From an uncultured Thermotogaceae bacterium (lineage in GTDB: Bacteria; Thermotogota; Thermotogae; Petrotogales; Petrotogaceae), in NCBI GenBank assembly GCA_964603015.1, contig CAZRTN010000001.1:16864-80863 (forward strand): a DNA stretch of 64,000 nucleotides, given 5' to 3'. Under the pieces are notes generated by a model. It was not told the DNA's origin, made no database searches, and saw nothing but the letters and a program-made list of their open reading frames with translations. Numbering within the stretch: the stretch's first letter is position 1; each line of letters opens with the position of its first letter. Positions 1 to 10,048 of this stretch are shown here, piece after piece. The position numbers and the translations under genes were made by a program.

Positions 1-375
1 ATTTTCTGGAGAAATTATTTCATGAATAAAATGACCATCATTTGAAAGAAGAATAAAACCTGTTGTGTCGATATCTAATCTTCCAGCTATAGAAAGGTCG
101 TTTTTATATGGATGATCTATCAAATCAATGACAGTGGGATGTAATTTATCTACAGTTGCGCTAACATAATTTTCTGGTTTATTCAACATAATATATACAT
201 CATGATATGGAGTTACTTTTTCTTCTTTTAAAAAAACTTCATCCTCTTTTTTTACTTTATAAGAGGATTTTTTAATGATTTTATCATTTACTTTTACTTT
301 CCCTTTGTTTATATATTTTTTAACTTCGCTTCTGGTACCAAGTTTAGCATTCGATAAAAATCTATCTAATCTCAT
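1..375 (-). CDS. rsuA: RsuA-family pseudouridine synthase (3' end outside window)
   Basis: Hand translation from ATG at 375: MRLDRFLSNAKLGTRSEVKKYI (S4-like), YIMLNKP, and AGRLDIDTTG (GRLD catalytic motif). ATGA overlap with the upstream gene. Confidence 0.85.
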   Translation of the reverse strand, partial: MRLDRFLSNAKLGTRSEVKKYINKGKVKVNDKIIKKSSYKVKKEDEVFLKEEKVTPYHDVYIMLNKPENYVSATVDKLHPTVIDLIDHPYKNDLSIAGRLDIDTTGFILLSNDGHFIHEIISPEN

Positions 376-1283
376 ACAATTCTATCTTTTTTTACTATAT
401 ATGAATAAACATCTTCTAAATTTGGAGTTAATTTTCTTATTTCTACATAATTTGGGAAATCATAATTTTCTTTTTTTGTTTCAACTATTATTTTACTGTT
501 TGATATTATTTTGAAAGAAAGTAATCTATCATCTTTTTTTTCTAAAAATTTTACTATATCTTCAAACTTATTTTTATTAAAATATATTTCGTAAATAGAC
601 ATAAAATTTTCAAATTGTTTGTATATTTTGTCAGTTTCATCTTTAAACACTATTTCTCCATCTACAATTACACCTACAGTGCTGCATATTTGTTCTACTT
701 CCCATATATAATGTGATGAAATAATAATTGTTGTTTTATATTTCCTGTTATTTTCAATGATATATTCTCTTATGAATCTGCTAGTTTCCACATCAATAGC
801 ATTTGTAGGTTCGTCGAGAAGAAGAATACTTGGAGATTTAATCAATGCCCTTGCTATGTTTAATTTTTGTTTATTTCCTGATGATAGATTTTTTGTCAAT
901 TTATTTCTATAGATGTTTAAACCAAAATCTTCCATCAATTCTTCTAGTTTATTTTTATAATTTTTGACATTTGATATTTCTGCAAACATTTTTAAATTTT
1001 CAAAAGGAGTTAAGTCATCTTCTAAAACATTATAATCAGAAACTAATGAAATCATTTTTTTTACTTTATATAAATTTCGATTTATATTATGATCGTTTAT
1101 TTTTATAGATCCTTTTGTAGGTTTTAATAAAGTTGAAATCATTCTCATAATTGTTGACTTACCAGCTCCATTAGGACCTAACAATCCAAATATTTCCCCT
1201 TCTTTTATTTCAAGGTCTATATTTTTAACGGCATAAAAATTACCGAATTTTTTAGATAAATCTTTTATATCGATAGCATTCAT
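372..1283 (-). CDS. ABC-2 type transporter ATP-binding protein
   Basis: Walker A GPNGAGKS, signature LSSGNKQ, Walker B LLLDEP, H-loop SSH. Confidence 0.9.
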   Translation of the reverse strand: MNAIDIKDLSKKFGNFYAVKNIDLEIKEGEIFGLLGPNGAGKSTIMRMISTLLKPTKGSIKINDHNINRNLYKVKKMISLVSDYNVLEDDLTPFENLKMFAEISNVKNYKNKLEELMEDFGLNIYRNKLTKNLSSGNKQKLNIARALIKSPSILLLDEPTNAIDVETSRFIREYIIENNRKYKTTIIISSHYIWEVEQICSTVGVIVDGEIVFKDETDKIYKQFENFMSIYEIYFNKNKFEDIVKFLEKKDDRLLSFKIISNSKIIVETKKENYDFPNYVEIRKLTPNLEDVYSYIVKKDRIV

Positions 1284-1294
1284 ATTATAACCCC

Positions 1295-1747
1295 TTATAA
1301 TCTTTCGTATTTTTCAACTTTTCTTAACTTTCTATCAAAATCTCTTTTTGCGATAGTTTCTCTTTTATCAAATTTTTTCTTTCCTTTAGCGATAGCTATA
1401 TCTACTTTTATTAATCCTCTATCATTAATATAGACTTTTAAAGGAATTATTGTTGATTTATCTTGTTTTATCTTTTGATCAATTTTAATTATTTCGTATT
1501 TATGTAATAAAAGTTTTCTAGGTCTTTCAGGTTCATGGTTGAACATGGCTGATTGCTTATAAGGCGATATATTTACGTTATGTAAAAATATTTCATTTTT
1601 TTTGATTTTGCAATAAGAATCTTTTAAGTTGATTCTTCCTTCTCTAATAGATTTTACTTCTGAACCAGTAAGTTCCATACCAGCTTGATATGTATCTTCT
1701 ATAAAAAAATCGTGTCTGGCTTTTTTATTATTGACTATAATTTTCAT
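1295..1747 (-). CDS. smpB: SsrA-binding protein SmpB
   Basis: NKKARHDF, GMELTGSEVKS, RKLLLHK, KGKKKFDKRE motifs. Confidence 0.97.
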   Translation of the reverse strand: MKIIVNNKKARHDFFIEDTYQAGMELTGSEVKSIREGRINLKDSYCKIKKNEIFLHNVNISPYKQSAMFNHEPERPRKLLLHKYEIIKIDQKIKQDKSTIIPLKVYINDRGLIKVDIAIAKGKKKFDKRETIAKRDFDRKLRKVEKYERL

Positions 1748-2844
1748 TGTTTTTTATCCACCTCAATTTCTCTTAATTCTTCGAAGTCAGCTTCTTTCTT
1801 CTTTCTATTTAAAGCTCCCAAGATTATTTCAGCTCTTCTTTTACCAATACCAGTTACGTTGGTTAAATCTTCATAAGAAGCTTCCATCAGATTTGGTAAG
1901 TTTTCAAAGTTTTCAACAACATTTTTCACAGCAATTGTTGGAAGTTTAGTTGAATAAAGAATTCTATAACCTCTAGGAACTATGTTCCTTTCTTCCAATT
2001 CATCATCAGATGAAACTTCATAACCTAATTTTCTTGAAATTGTATATAGATTTACCAAATCATCTAATTTTACATCATCAAATAATTCTATAGAATCTTC
2101 AGATTTTTGATAATCTAAATCTTCAATATGATAATCCATTATTATTGCACCAACAAATTTTGGTATAGATCTTAATATTTCTTCATATTCTAGTTTTACA
2201 CTACCAGAAATTTCACCCAATTCACTAAGATATTTATCTACACCTTGTGTGATTTTAATTGTCACTAAACCTTTTGAAAGAATTTCAGCAACATCGGATA
2301 AAGAAACAGTTTTTCTTGCTTCTTCATTATTTAAATATTCAATTTGTTTGAAAAATGTTTGTTTATACCTTTGAGCTATTGTTATTTCTTGATTCAATCT
2401 TTCAAAAATTATACCTTCAGGCAATAATTCATGTCTTTTCTTTTTATGAAATACGGAAACTGCGTTTCTTCTTTTTGAGACAGCAATTGTTACATCACCA
2501 GTTTGATTCGCAATTTTTTCAGCAGTCCTATGTCTCATTCCAGTTTGTGAGCTTGGGATATTTTTATCTGGATTTAGTTGTGCATTTGCATATAAAATTT
2601 TTGTAGCATCATTATTGATAACTATTGCTCCATCCATTTTTGCTAATTCATAAATTTTCTCAGGTAAAAAATCTGAAATTAAAGTAAACCCCAATTGAAT
2701 CAACCCATCTTCAAAATACTGTTCAGGGTTTGAAGCTAAAAATATTAATGCCCCTAAATCAGCCTCTAAAATTCTATCGATTCCTTTTCTTAAGGGTTTT
2801 CCTGGAGCTAAAAAATTCATAATTTTAGTAAATTCTTCATCCAT
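1744..2844 (-). CDS. disA: DNA integrity scanning diadenylate cyclase DisA
   Basis: DAC motifs DGA and GMRHRTA, C-terminal HhH (VTGIGKRRA), follows radA. Start moved to ATG 2844 behind SD GGGGAG. Confidence 0.93.
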   Translation of the reverse strand: MDEEFTKIMNFLAPGKPLRKGIDRILEADLGALIFLASNPEQYFEDGLIQLGFTLISDFLPEKIYELAKMDGAIVINNDATKILYANAQLNPDKNIPSSQTGMRHRTAEKIANQTGDVTIAVSKRRNAVSVFHKKKRHELLPEGIIFERLNQEITIAQRYKQTFFKQIEYLNNEEARKTVSLSDVAEILSKGLVTIKITQGVDKYLSELGEISGSVKLEYEEILRSIPKFVGAIIMDYHIEDLDYQKSEDSIELFDDVKLDDLVNLYTISRKLGYEVSSDDELEERNIVPRGYRILYSTKLPTIAVKNVVENFENLPNLMEASYEDLTNVTGIGKRRAEIILGALNRKKKEADFEELREIEVDKKQ

Positions 2845-4198
2845 TGTATGCTCCCCCTTTAAACATTTTAACAATATCAGAAATGTTATCTAACTTAATT
2901 ATACTTTTATCATTGATTTTTGCTCTTTTTGAAACACATATATTTTCTATACCTATTTTTTTTGCCATTTCTATTCTTTTTTCAATGTGTGAAGTATTTC
3001 TTATTTTCCCATCAAGACCGATTTCTCCAATAAAAATAGTAGATTTATCTAAAGTTTGCTCAAATAAAGAAGATATAATAGTGAATGCAATTGCTGAATC
3101 TATTGAGCTATCAGTTATTCTAAAACCTCCAGAAGTATTTAGGAAAATATCTTTTGATTCAACTGGCAATTTCAGTTTTTTTGATAGAACAGCTGTAATC
3201 ATAAATACTTTATCTAAACTAATTCCACTACTCACTCTTCTGGGCGAGCCATAAACAGGTTTTGAAACCAAAGACTGAATTTCAATTGGAATCAATTTAT
3301 TACCTTCTTTAATTATTGATAAAGTGTTACCTGGTTCATTTGAATAATCGGATAAAAAATAATTAGTTAAATCATCAATGGGTAATAAACCTTTTTCTGT
3401 CATTTCCATTAAAACGATCTCGTCAGTTGGACCATATCTATTTTTATTTATTCTAAACATTCTCAAGCCAGAAGTTTTTTCCATTTCAAAAGAAATAACG
3501 CAGTCTACAACATGCTCTAATAATTTTGGACCAGCTACATTTCCTTCTTTTGTTACATGACCTATTAAGAGAGATGAAGTTTCAGTTTTTTTTGAATATT
3601 CTACAATTCTTCTTGTACATTCTTTAACTTGTAAAACACTTCCGGGATTAGAATCAACATCATCACTTTTAATAGTCTGTATTGAGTCAAAAATTAAAAT
3701 ATGAGGTTTATCTTTTAATTTAGAAATTGATTTAAATATTTTTTCTAAGGAATTAGAGAAAATTAAACCTATGTTTTTATTTTGAATATTCAGCCTTTTA
3801 AATCTTTGCATAACTTGACTCTTTGATTCTTCTGCTGAAATATATATAATGGTATTTTCTGAATCAGATAATTGAGAGACTAGAGTACTCTTTCCTATTC
3901 CAGGCTCACCACTTAAAAGATATACTGCTCCTTTTACTAAACCATAATTTAAAGCTTTATTTATCTGTGTAGACTTTAAGATTAATCTTTCAGGCTCTTC
4001 TATTTTTGAGTCTAAATAAGTAATGTCGGTATTTTTTTTATTAGTTTCATCGTCGGAATCCATATAAGCAATATCCGCGGTGAATTCCACCGCGGATCCC
4101 ATTTCATTACATATTGGACATTTTGCAAACCATTTATCAGATTCATATCCGCATTCATTACATACATAATATTTTTGCTTTGTTTTTTTCTTACTCAA
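2837..4198 (-). CDS. radA: DNA repair protein RadA/Sms
   Basis: C4 zinc finger CNECG...CPIC, Walker A GEPGIGKS, KNRYG motif, Lon-like C-terminus. Confidence 0.96.
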   Translation of the reverse strand: MSKKKTKQKYYVCNECGYESDKWFAKCPICNEMGSAVEFTADIAYMDSDDETNKKNTDITYLDSKIEEPERLILKSTQINKALNYGLVKGAVYLLSGEPGIGKSTLVSQLSDSENTIIYISAEESKSQVMQRFKRLNIQNKNIGLIFSNSLEKIFKSISKLKDKPHILIFDSIQTIKSDDVDSNPGSVLQVKECTRRIVEYSKKTETSSLLIGHVTKEGNVAGPKLLEHVVDCVISFEMEKTSGLRMFRINKNRYGPTDEIVLMEMTEKGLLPIDDLTNYFLSDYSNEPGNTLSIIKEGNKLIPIEIQSLVSKPVYGSPRRVSSGISLDKVFMITAVLSKKLKLPVESKDIFLNTSGGFRITDSSIDSAIAFTIISSLFEQTLDKSTIFIGEIGLDGKIRNTSHIEKRIEMAKKIGIENICVSKRAKINDKSIIKLDNISDIVKMFKGGAYNG

Positions 4199-6696
4199 GT
4201 CTTTGCCACCTTTTTCTTTCTTCCAGGAGATTTTCTGAAAGATAAAGAATCTTTTTTACTATCGACTATGATTTTATCGTTTTCATCAAATCTTCCTTTT
4301 AAGATCTCTTCAGATAAAGGATCTTCAATATATCTTTGAATAGTTCTTTTTAGAGGCCTTGCTCCAAATATTTTGTCATACCCTTTTTCAAGCAAGAAAT
4401 CAATAGCCTTCTCTTTTATCTTTATTTCAATATTTTTGTCTGTAAGCCTTTCTCTCAATTCATCTAACTGAATTTGAATAATATTTTTGATGTTTTCTTT
4501 TGTTAGTGGATGGAAAACCACAACATCATCAAGTCTATTTAAAAATTCAGGTTTAAATGCCTTTTTGATAGCGGAATCAACTTCGCTTTTAATGCTTTTA
4601 TACTCTGATTCAGCATCTTCTCCTTCTACAAAACCAAGGGATCTTTTAGACTTATTAATATGTTCAGAACCCAAATTAGAGGTCATTATAATAATAGAAT
4701 TTCTAAAGTCTACAGTTCTTCCTTGAGAGTCAGTTAACCTTCCTTCATCCATAATCTGTAACAAAATGTTGTATACATCAGGATGTGCTTTTTCAATTTC
4801 ATCTAATAAAATAACTGAATAAGGTCTTCTTCTAACAACTTCTGTAAGTTGTCCACCTTCATCATAACCAACATAACCTGGAGGAGCTCCTACCAGTCTT
4901 GATACATTAAATTTTTCCATATATTCACTCATATCTATTCTGACAAGTGAGCTATCATCTCCAAATAAATATTCAGCTAATGTTTTTGCCAACTCAGTTT
5001 TACCAACACCTGTTGGACCTAAGAACATGAATACTCCATTAGGCCTTTTTGGATCCTTTAAGCCACTTCTAGAACGTCTTATTGCTTTTGATACTGATAC
5101 AATTGCTTCATCTTGTCCTACTACCCTTTCATGCAAAACTGCTTCAAGGTTAAGTAGTCTTTCCATTTCTGAACTTTCAAGACGTTTTAAAGGTACACCT
5201 GTCCAATTGGATACTACATCGGAAATATCTTGTTCAGTAATAGTTATTTTATTTGTTTCTGCTTTTTTTCTCCACTTTTTATAATCGTTTTTATAGTTTT
5301 CTCTCAAAGATTCTATTTTTTCATTAATTTCTTCAACAGTTTCAAATTTATTTTTAGAAATCATTAAATTCTTTTCTTCTTCTAAAGCTTCTATTTCTTG
5401 GTTTTTCTTTTTAAGTTCTACTGGTAGTGTTAATGCCTTTAGTTTTGACCTAGCACCAGCCTCATCTATAATATCTATTGCTTTATCGGGCAAAAATCTA
5501 TCTGTTATATATCTTAATGAAAGATTTACTGCATTTTCAAGAGCGTCATTTGTATATTTAACGTTATGATGTTCTTCATATTTTATTTTAATACCTTTTA
5601 ATATATTTATAGCACTTTCAAATGAAGGCTCACTAACATATATTTTCTGGAATCTTCTTTCTAACGCTGGATCTTTTTCAATAAATTTTCTGTATTCGCT
5701 AGATGTAGTTGATCCTATAACGGTTATTGTGCCATTAGCAAGGGCAGGTTTTAAAACATTTGCTGCATCCATTGAGGAACCTTCTGCAGCTCCAGCTTCT
5801 ACAATCATATGTAATTCATCTACAAAAATAATGATATCTTCAGTTTTTTCTAAAACTTGCATTAATTTTTTCATTCTTTTTTCAAATTCACCTCTATACT
5901 TAGTACCTGCAACTAAAGAGGTTATATCTAAAGCAAAAATTGTTTTTGTTTTCAAAACTTCTGGGACATCTCCACTAATCACTTTCATAGCAAGTCCCTC
6001 AACAATAGCTGATTTTCCAACACCAGCTTCACCGATAAGTACTGGATTATTTTTCTTTCTTCTAGCCAATATTTCCATCAACCTCGTTATTTCAATTTCA
6101 CGTCCAATAACGGGATCAAGTTTATTTTTTCTTGCTTTTTCAGTCAAATCAGTTCCAAAATCTTCTAACTGTTTTAAAGCTGTTTGTTTTTGCCTTTTCT
6201 TTTCTTCATTAACTTCATTAGATTGTTTTACTTCTTCAGCTGGTTTTATATCACCTTTCATCATAATATCAGCTAGTTGTTTTCTCATGTTTTGAAGATT
6301 AATACCCAATCTCTTCATTATATGAGAAGCTATCCCTTCTGCTTCTCTACATATTGCCAATAGTAAATGTTCTGCATCAATTCTAGATGAACCCATTAAT
6401 TCTGATTCATCATATGCCAATTCTATAATTCTTTTTGCTCTTGGGGTTGGTTGTGGAGATCCAATAATCCCTTGAGACGAATTAGTTCCCACAACATTTG
6501 TTATTTCGGCTTTCATTCTGTTGTAAGAAATGTTAAAATCACTAAATATTATGTCAAGATATTTTCCTTTTACTTTTAATAGTCCTAAAAGAATGTGCTC
6601 AGTTCCTACATACGGGTGACCCATATCTTTAGCATCATTTTGAGCTTCTATAAAGACCTTTGCAGCTCTTTCTGTAAAATTATCAAACATATTCAT
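4195..6696 (-). CDS. clpC: ATP-dependent Clp protease ATP-binding subunit ClpC
   Basis: Clp N-repeats, two AAA+ modules (GEAGVGKS, GPTGVGKT), short coiled-coil middle domain, LGF ClpP-docking loop. Start at ATG 6696 after GGAGGTG. Confidence 0.95.
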   Translation of the reverse strand: MNMFDNFTERAAKVFIEAQNDAKDMGHPYVGTEHILLGLLKVKGKYLDIIFSDFNISYNRMKAEITNVVGTNSSQGIIGSPQPTPRAKRIIELAYDESELMGSSRIDAEHLLLAICREAEGIASHIMKRLGINLQNMRKQLADIMMKGDIKPAEEVKQSNEVNEEKKRQKQTALKQLEDFGTDLTEKARKNKLDPVIGREIEITRLMEILARRKKNNPVLIGEAGVGKSAIVEGLAMKVISGDVPEVLKTKTIFALDITSLVAGTKYRGEFEKRMKKLMQVLEKTEDIIIFVDELHMIVEAGAAEGSSMDAANVLKPALANGTITVIGSTTSSEYRKFIEKDPALERRFQKIYVSEPSFESAINILKGIKIKYEEHHNVKYTNDALENAVNLSLRYITDRFLPDKAIDIIDEAGARSKLKALTLPVELKKKNQEIEALEEEKNLMISKNKFETVEEINEKIESLRENYKNDYKKWRKKAETNKITITEQDISDVVSNWTGVPLKRLESSEMERLLNLEAVLHERVVGQDEAIVSVSKAIRRSRSGLKDPKRPNGVFMFLGPTGVGKTELAKTLAEYLFGDDSSLVRIDMSEYMEKFNVSRLVGAPPGYVGYDEGGQLTEVVRRRPYSVILLDEIEKAHPDVYNILLQIMDEGRLTDSQGRTVDFRNSIIIMTSNLGSEHINKSKRSLGFVEGEDAESEYKSIKSEVDSAIKKAFKPEFLNRLDDVVVFHPLTKENIKNIIQIQLDELRERLTDKNIEIKIKEKAIDFLLEKGYDKIFGARPLKRTIQRYIEDPLSEEILKGRFDENDKIIVDSKKDSLSFRKSPGRKKKVAKT

Positions 6697-6936
6697 ACAC
6701 ACCTCCAAAACGAGGGAATTAAATTAATTTACCTCATTTATATTTTATCATGAAAACGCATTAAAACAAAAAAATATTTACTTAAATACAAATATAAATA
6801 TATATGATAAATTTTATCTTATTATAATTAAAAAATTATTAATGTTATAATAAGAAGTGGGGCTAATTTAAAAGGACGAAATTTAAGCTAATTTTTTAAT
6901 TGTTTTTAATTTAATTATTTGTTAACCTAAATGCAA

Positions 6937-6965
6937 TTGACAACTGTCTTGTCGTTTGATATAAT
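6937..6965 (+). promoter_or_regulatory. Consensus sigma-A promoter for the tRNA-rpmG-secE-nusG cluster
   Basis: TTGACA-17 nt-TATAAT with an extended -10 TG. Confidence 0.85.
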
Positions 6966-7004
6966 CATTCACGGTTGTCGTAGACACCAAGTAAAACATG
7001 AGAT

Positions 7005-7080
7005 GCCGATGTAGCTCAACTGGCAGAGCGGCTGACTTGTAATCAGCAGGTTGGGGGTTCAAGTCCTCTCGTCGGCTCCA
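7005..7080 (+). tRNA. tRNA-Thr(TGT)
   Basis: Cloverleaf GCCGATG/CGTCGGC, anticodon arm GCTGA-CTTGTAA-TCAGC, GGTTCAAGTCC, encoded CCA. Confidence 0.96.
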
Positions 7081-7088
7081 AAAAAAGT

Positions 7089-7175
7089 GGTGAGATGCCC
7101 GAGTGGCCAAAGGGGGCGGACTGTAAATCCGCTAGCAGATTGCTTTCGAAGGTTCGAATCCTTCTCTCACCACCA
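7089..7175 (+). tRNA. tRNA-Tyr(GTA)
   Basis: GGTGAGA/TCTCACC acceptor stem, GCGGA-CTGTAAA-TCCGC, long variable arm, GGTTCGAATCC, CCA. Confidence 0.96.
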
Positions 7176-7205
7176 TAATTTTATACCAGTGAGAGGTGAA
7201 ACAAT

Positions 7206-7370
7206 ATGGCTACAAAAAGTCAAGTAATAAACTTTTCTTTAAAATGTGAAGAATGTGGCACTAAAAACTACTACAAAAAGAAGAATAAAACAATTAGAGA
7301 AAAAATTGAGCTTAAAAAATATTGTCCAAAATGTGGAAAACACACTTTGCATAAAGAAGCAAAATTATAA
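7206..7370 (+). CDS. rpmG: 50S ribosomal protein L33 (zinc-binding form), absent from the ORF track
   Basis: Hand translation [23 protein letters not shown]...[19 protein letters not shown], with SD GAGGTG. Confidence 0.95.
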   Translation: MATKSQVINFSLKCEECGTKNYYKKKNKTIREKIELKKYCPKCGKHTLHKEAKL

Positions 7371-7382
7371 TAAGAAATATAC

Positions 7383-7417
7383 AAAGCCCTTCTTCTACAG
7401 GAGGGCTTTATTTCTTT
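7383..7417 (+). terminator. Terminator-like hairpin between rpmG and secE
   Basis: AAAGCCCTTCT-TCTAC-AGGAGGGCTTT followed by a T-rich tail. Confidence 0.6.
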
Positions 7418-7448
7418 AGAGAAACCTATTTTATGGGAGGTACTTAAT

Positions 7449-7676
7449 ATGTCGAAATTCTGGATCTTTTTGAGTTCTGTATGGCAAGAGGCAAAAAAAG
7501 TTAGCTGGCCATCAAGAAAGAATTTGATGAAATCAACAGGAGTGGTATTGATAATAGTAGCATTTGTAGCGGTATACCTTTTTGCCGTTGACTTTGGTTT
7601 GTTAAACGCTTTTTCTAAACTTGTATATCCTATATTTTTAGGGGGATTAGCTGGTTCTTCAACACCAAGTCAATAA
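7449..7676 (+). CDS. secE: Preprotein translocase subunit SecE
   Basis: EAKKVSWPS motif plus one TM helix, upstream of nusG. Confidence 0.93.
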   Translation: MSKFWIFLSSVWQEAKKVSWPSRKNLMKSTGVVLIIVAFVAVYLFAVDFGLLNAFSKLVYPIFLGGLAGSSTPSQ

Positions 7677-7697
7677 TAAAAAAGTCGGTGATATAAA

Positions 7698-8762
7698 ATG
7701 AGAAAAGAGTGGTACGTATTACAAGCTTTTTCAGGGATGGAAAACAAAGTAAAAGAATTAATAATAGAAAAATCCAAAGTTTTGGATATTGATCGTTATA
7801 TAGGTAGAATAATAGTTCCAGAAATAGAGGAACTAGATTATTCTAATAGAAAAGTAGAAAAAATATTTGTAAGTCAAGATGCAAGTGTTTTTGTTAAAAA
7901 AGGAAAAGATGTAAAAAAAGGTGATGTAATCGCTAAAAATCCTGAAACTACTATAAAACATTCTGGAGTTATAAAGGAAATGAAAAACTACAGAAGAATT
8001 ATAGTTGAAACTAAGGGTAAAAAATATTCAAAAACTTTTCTTATACCTGAAAGTGCAAAAGTATTATCAGGTTTAAGAGTTGGAAAAGCAGTCAAAACAG
8101 GGATGCCTTTTACAAATGATGGATCTTATGAATGTGATGTAGAAGGTGAAATAGGTACAGTTGAAAAAGTCAAAAGAGTTATAGTAGAAACAAAAAATCC
8201 AGAAGAAGATGTTTACATAATTCCTGTTAAACTATATGATTCAAAAGTGTATAAAACTGGTGTTGAAGTTACTGAAGGAGAGATTATTGCTGCAGGTAAA
8301 GAATTTAAAGCTAAATCTTCTGGTAGAGTTGACATAAAAGATATGCCATTAAGAAAAGAAATAAGGGTAATAAAAACATCTAGAAAAAAATTATTTCCAG
8401 GATATATTTTTATCGAAATGATGCATGTGAAAGAAGCAGAAAAGATGATAATAAATATACCTTATGTATCTTCTTTTTTAAATGTTGGAGGAAGACCTCT
8501 GAAATTAAGAAGAAAAGAGATAAGAGTTATTTTAAGATTAATTGGTGAAGAAGAATACGACACAAAACCAAGAAAAGAAATAAGAACAGACTATGAAGTT
8601 GGTGAACATGTTAAGATAATAAGTGGACCGTTTGAATTTTTCACAGGTAAGATCAAATCAATTGATTTAGAAAAGCAAGAAGTAAAAGTTTCAGTATCTA
8701 TGTTTGGTAGAGAAACCGAAGTAGAACTTGGCTTAACTGAAATTGAAAAAATAGTTGATTAA
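7698..8762 (+). CDS. nusG: Transcription factor NusG with large lineage-specific insertion
   Basis: WYVLQAFSGME, LFPGYIFIEM, KOW GPFEFFTG...MFGRET, with a roughly 170-aa insert as in Thermotoga NusG. Confidence 0.95.
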   Translation: MRKEWYVLQAFSGMENKVKELIIEKSKVLDIDRYIGRIIVPEIEELDYSNRKVEKIFVSQDASVFVKKGKDVKKGDVIAKNPETTIKHSGVIKEMKNYRRIIVETKGKKYSKTFLIPESAKVLSGLRVGKAVKTGMPFTNDGSYECDVEGEIGTVEKVKRVIVETKNPEEDVYIIPVKLYDSKVYKTGVEVTEGEIIAAGKEFKAKSSGRVDIKDMPLRKEIRVIKTSRKKLFPGYIFIEMMHVKEAEKMIINIPYVSSFLNVGGRPLKLRRKEIRVILRLIGEEEYDTKPRKEIRTDYEVGEHVKIISGPFEFFTGKIKSIDLEKQEVKVSVSMFGRETEVELGLTEIEKIVD

Positions 8763-8835
8763 TTTTGAGCGAAAATATTAACTTTATATTCTTAACCTAT
8801 TAATAATAATGATTTAGAATTTGTTTTGCGAATAC

Positions 8836-8864
8836 TGTGGGAGGGATTTCCCGCTATAACCACA
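8836..8864 (+). promoter_or_regulatory. Putative L1-binding leader of rplK-rplA
   Basis: TGTGG-GA-GGG-ATTT-CCC-GCTATAA-CCACA mimics the 23S L1 site (GUGGGAGG...AUACCAC) and abuts the rplK SD. Confidence 0.7.
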
Positions 8865-8878
8865 AGGAGGTAATTTAT

Positions 8879-9307
8879 ATGGCGAAAAAAGTATCAAGAA
8901 TGTTAAAGTTACAGTTACAAGCTGCAAAAGCAACACCTGCTCCTCCTATTGGACCTGCTTTAGGACAACACGGAGTTAATTTGATGGAGTTTTGTAAAAG
9001 ATTTAATGCTGAAACTGCTGATAAGGCAGGACAATTATTGCCTGTTGAAATTACAGTTTATGAAGACAGATCTTTTTCATTTAATGTTAAAACCCCTCCA
9101 GCTTCTTTTTTAATTAAACAAGCTGCTGGTGTTAAATCTGCTGCAAATAATCCTGGTAAAGAAATTGTTGGTAAAATTAAAAAAAGCCAGGTAAAAGAAA
9201 TTGCAGAAACAAAAATGCCAGACTTGAATGCAATGACTATTGAAGCTGCGATGAAAATTATCCAAGGAACATGTAGAAACATGGGTATCGAAGTAGTAGA
9301 AGGATAA
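8879..9307 (+). CDS. rplK: 50S ribosomal protein L11
   Basis: [21 protein letters not shown]. Start ATG 8879 after AGGAGG. Confidence 0.97.
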   Translation: MAKKVSRMLKLQLQAAKATPAPPIGPALGQHGVNLMEFCKRFNAETADKAGQLLPVEITVYEDRSFSFNVKTPPASFLIKQAAGVKSAANNPGKEIVGKIKKSQVKEIAETKMPDLNAMTIEAAMKIIQGTCRNMGIEVVEG

Positions 9308-9326
9308 AAGAGAGGGGGTAAATAAA

Positions 9327-10028
9327 ATGGCAAATAGAGGAAAAAAATATTTAGAGGTAAGAAAGCAAGTAGATTCTACAAAAAATTATTCAATTGATGA
9401 GGCAGTAGAATTATTAAAAAAAGTATCTTATTCAAAATTTGACGGTACAGTTGAAGTTCATGCACAACTAGGTATCGATTATAAGAAAAGTGATCAAAAT
9501 GTAAGAAGCACAGTATCTTTGCCACATGGAACAGGAAAAGATATAACAGTATTAGTTTTTGCTGAAGACGATTTAGCAGATAAAGCAAAAGAAGCTGGTG
9601 CTGACTATGCAGGTGACGATGAAATTATTGATAAAATCAACAATCAAAATTGGACAGATTTTGATATTGCGATTGCAACACCTAACATGATGAAAAAAGT
9701 AGGGAAATTGGGAAGAGTTTTAGGTCCAAAAGGATTAATGCCTTCACCTAAAGCAGGAACAGTTACTGAAGATATTGAAAAGGCTGTAAAAGATTTCAAA
9801 GCTGGTAAAGTTGAAGTTAGAAACGATAAAAGTGGAAATGTACATTTTCCTGCTGGAAAAATATCTTTTGAAAATTCTCAGTTAGTAGAAAACATCAAAT
9901 CAGGAATGGATCAATTATCAAAGTTGAAACCTCAAGCAACAAAAGGAAAATTCTTTAAGAAGATAGTTTTATCTCCTACAATGGGACCTGGAATAAAACT
10001 TGACATAAACGAATTCCCTGTTGTATAA
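9327..10028 (+). CDS. rplA: 50S ribosomal protein L1
   Basis: [25 protein letters not shown]. Confidence 0.97.
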   Translation: MANRGKKYLEVRKQVDSTKNYSIDEAVELLKKVSYSKFDGTVEVHAQLGIDYKKSDQNVRSTVSLPHGTGKDITVLVFAEDDLADKAKEAGADYAGDDEIIDKINNQNWTDFDIAIATPNMMKKVGKLGRVLGPKGLMPSPKAGTVTEDIEKAVKDFKAGKVEVRNDKSGNVHFPAGKISFENSQLVENIKSGMDQLSKLKPQATKGKFFKKIVLSPTMGPGIKLDINEFPVV

Positions 10029-10048
10029 TAATTTAGAAAAATAAATAT

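Noticed and set aside
6922..7110. 62-aa minus-strand ORF
   Set aside because: It is the antisense reading of tRNA-Thr and its promoter.
7830..8380. Large repeat-containing insertion in NusG
   Set aside because: This is an already described Thermotoga-type NusG insertion, with no intein motifs.
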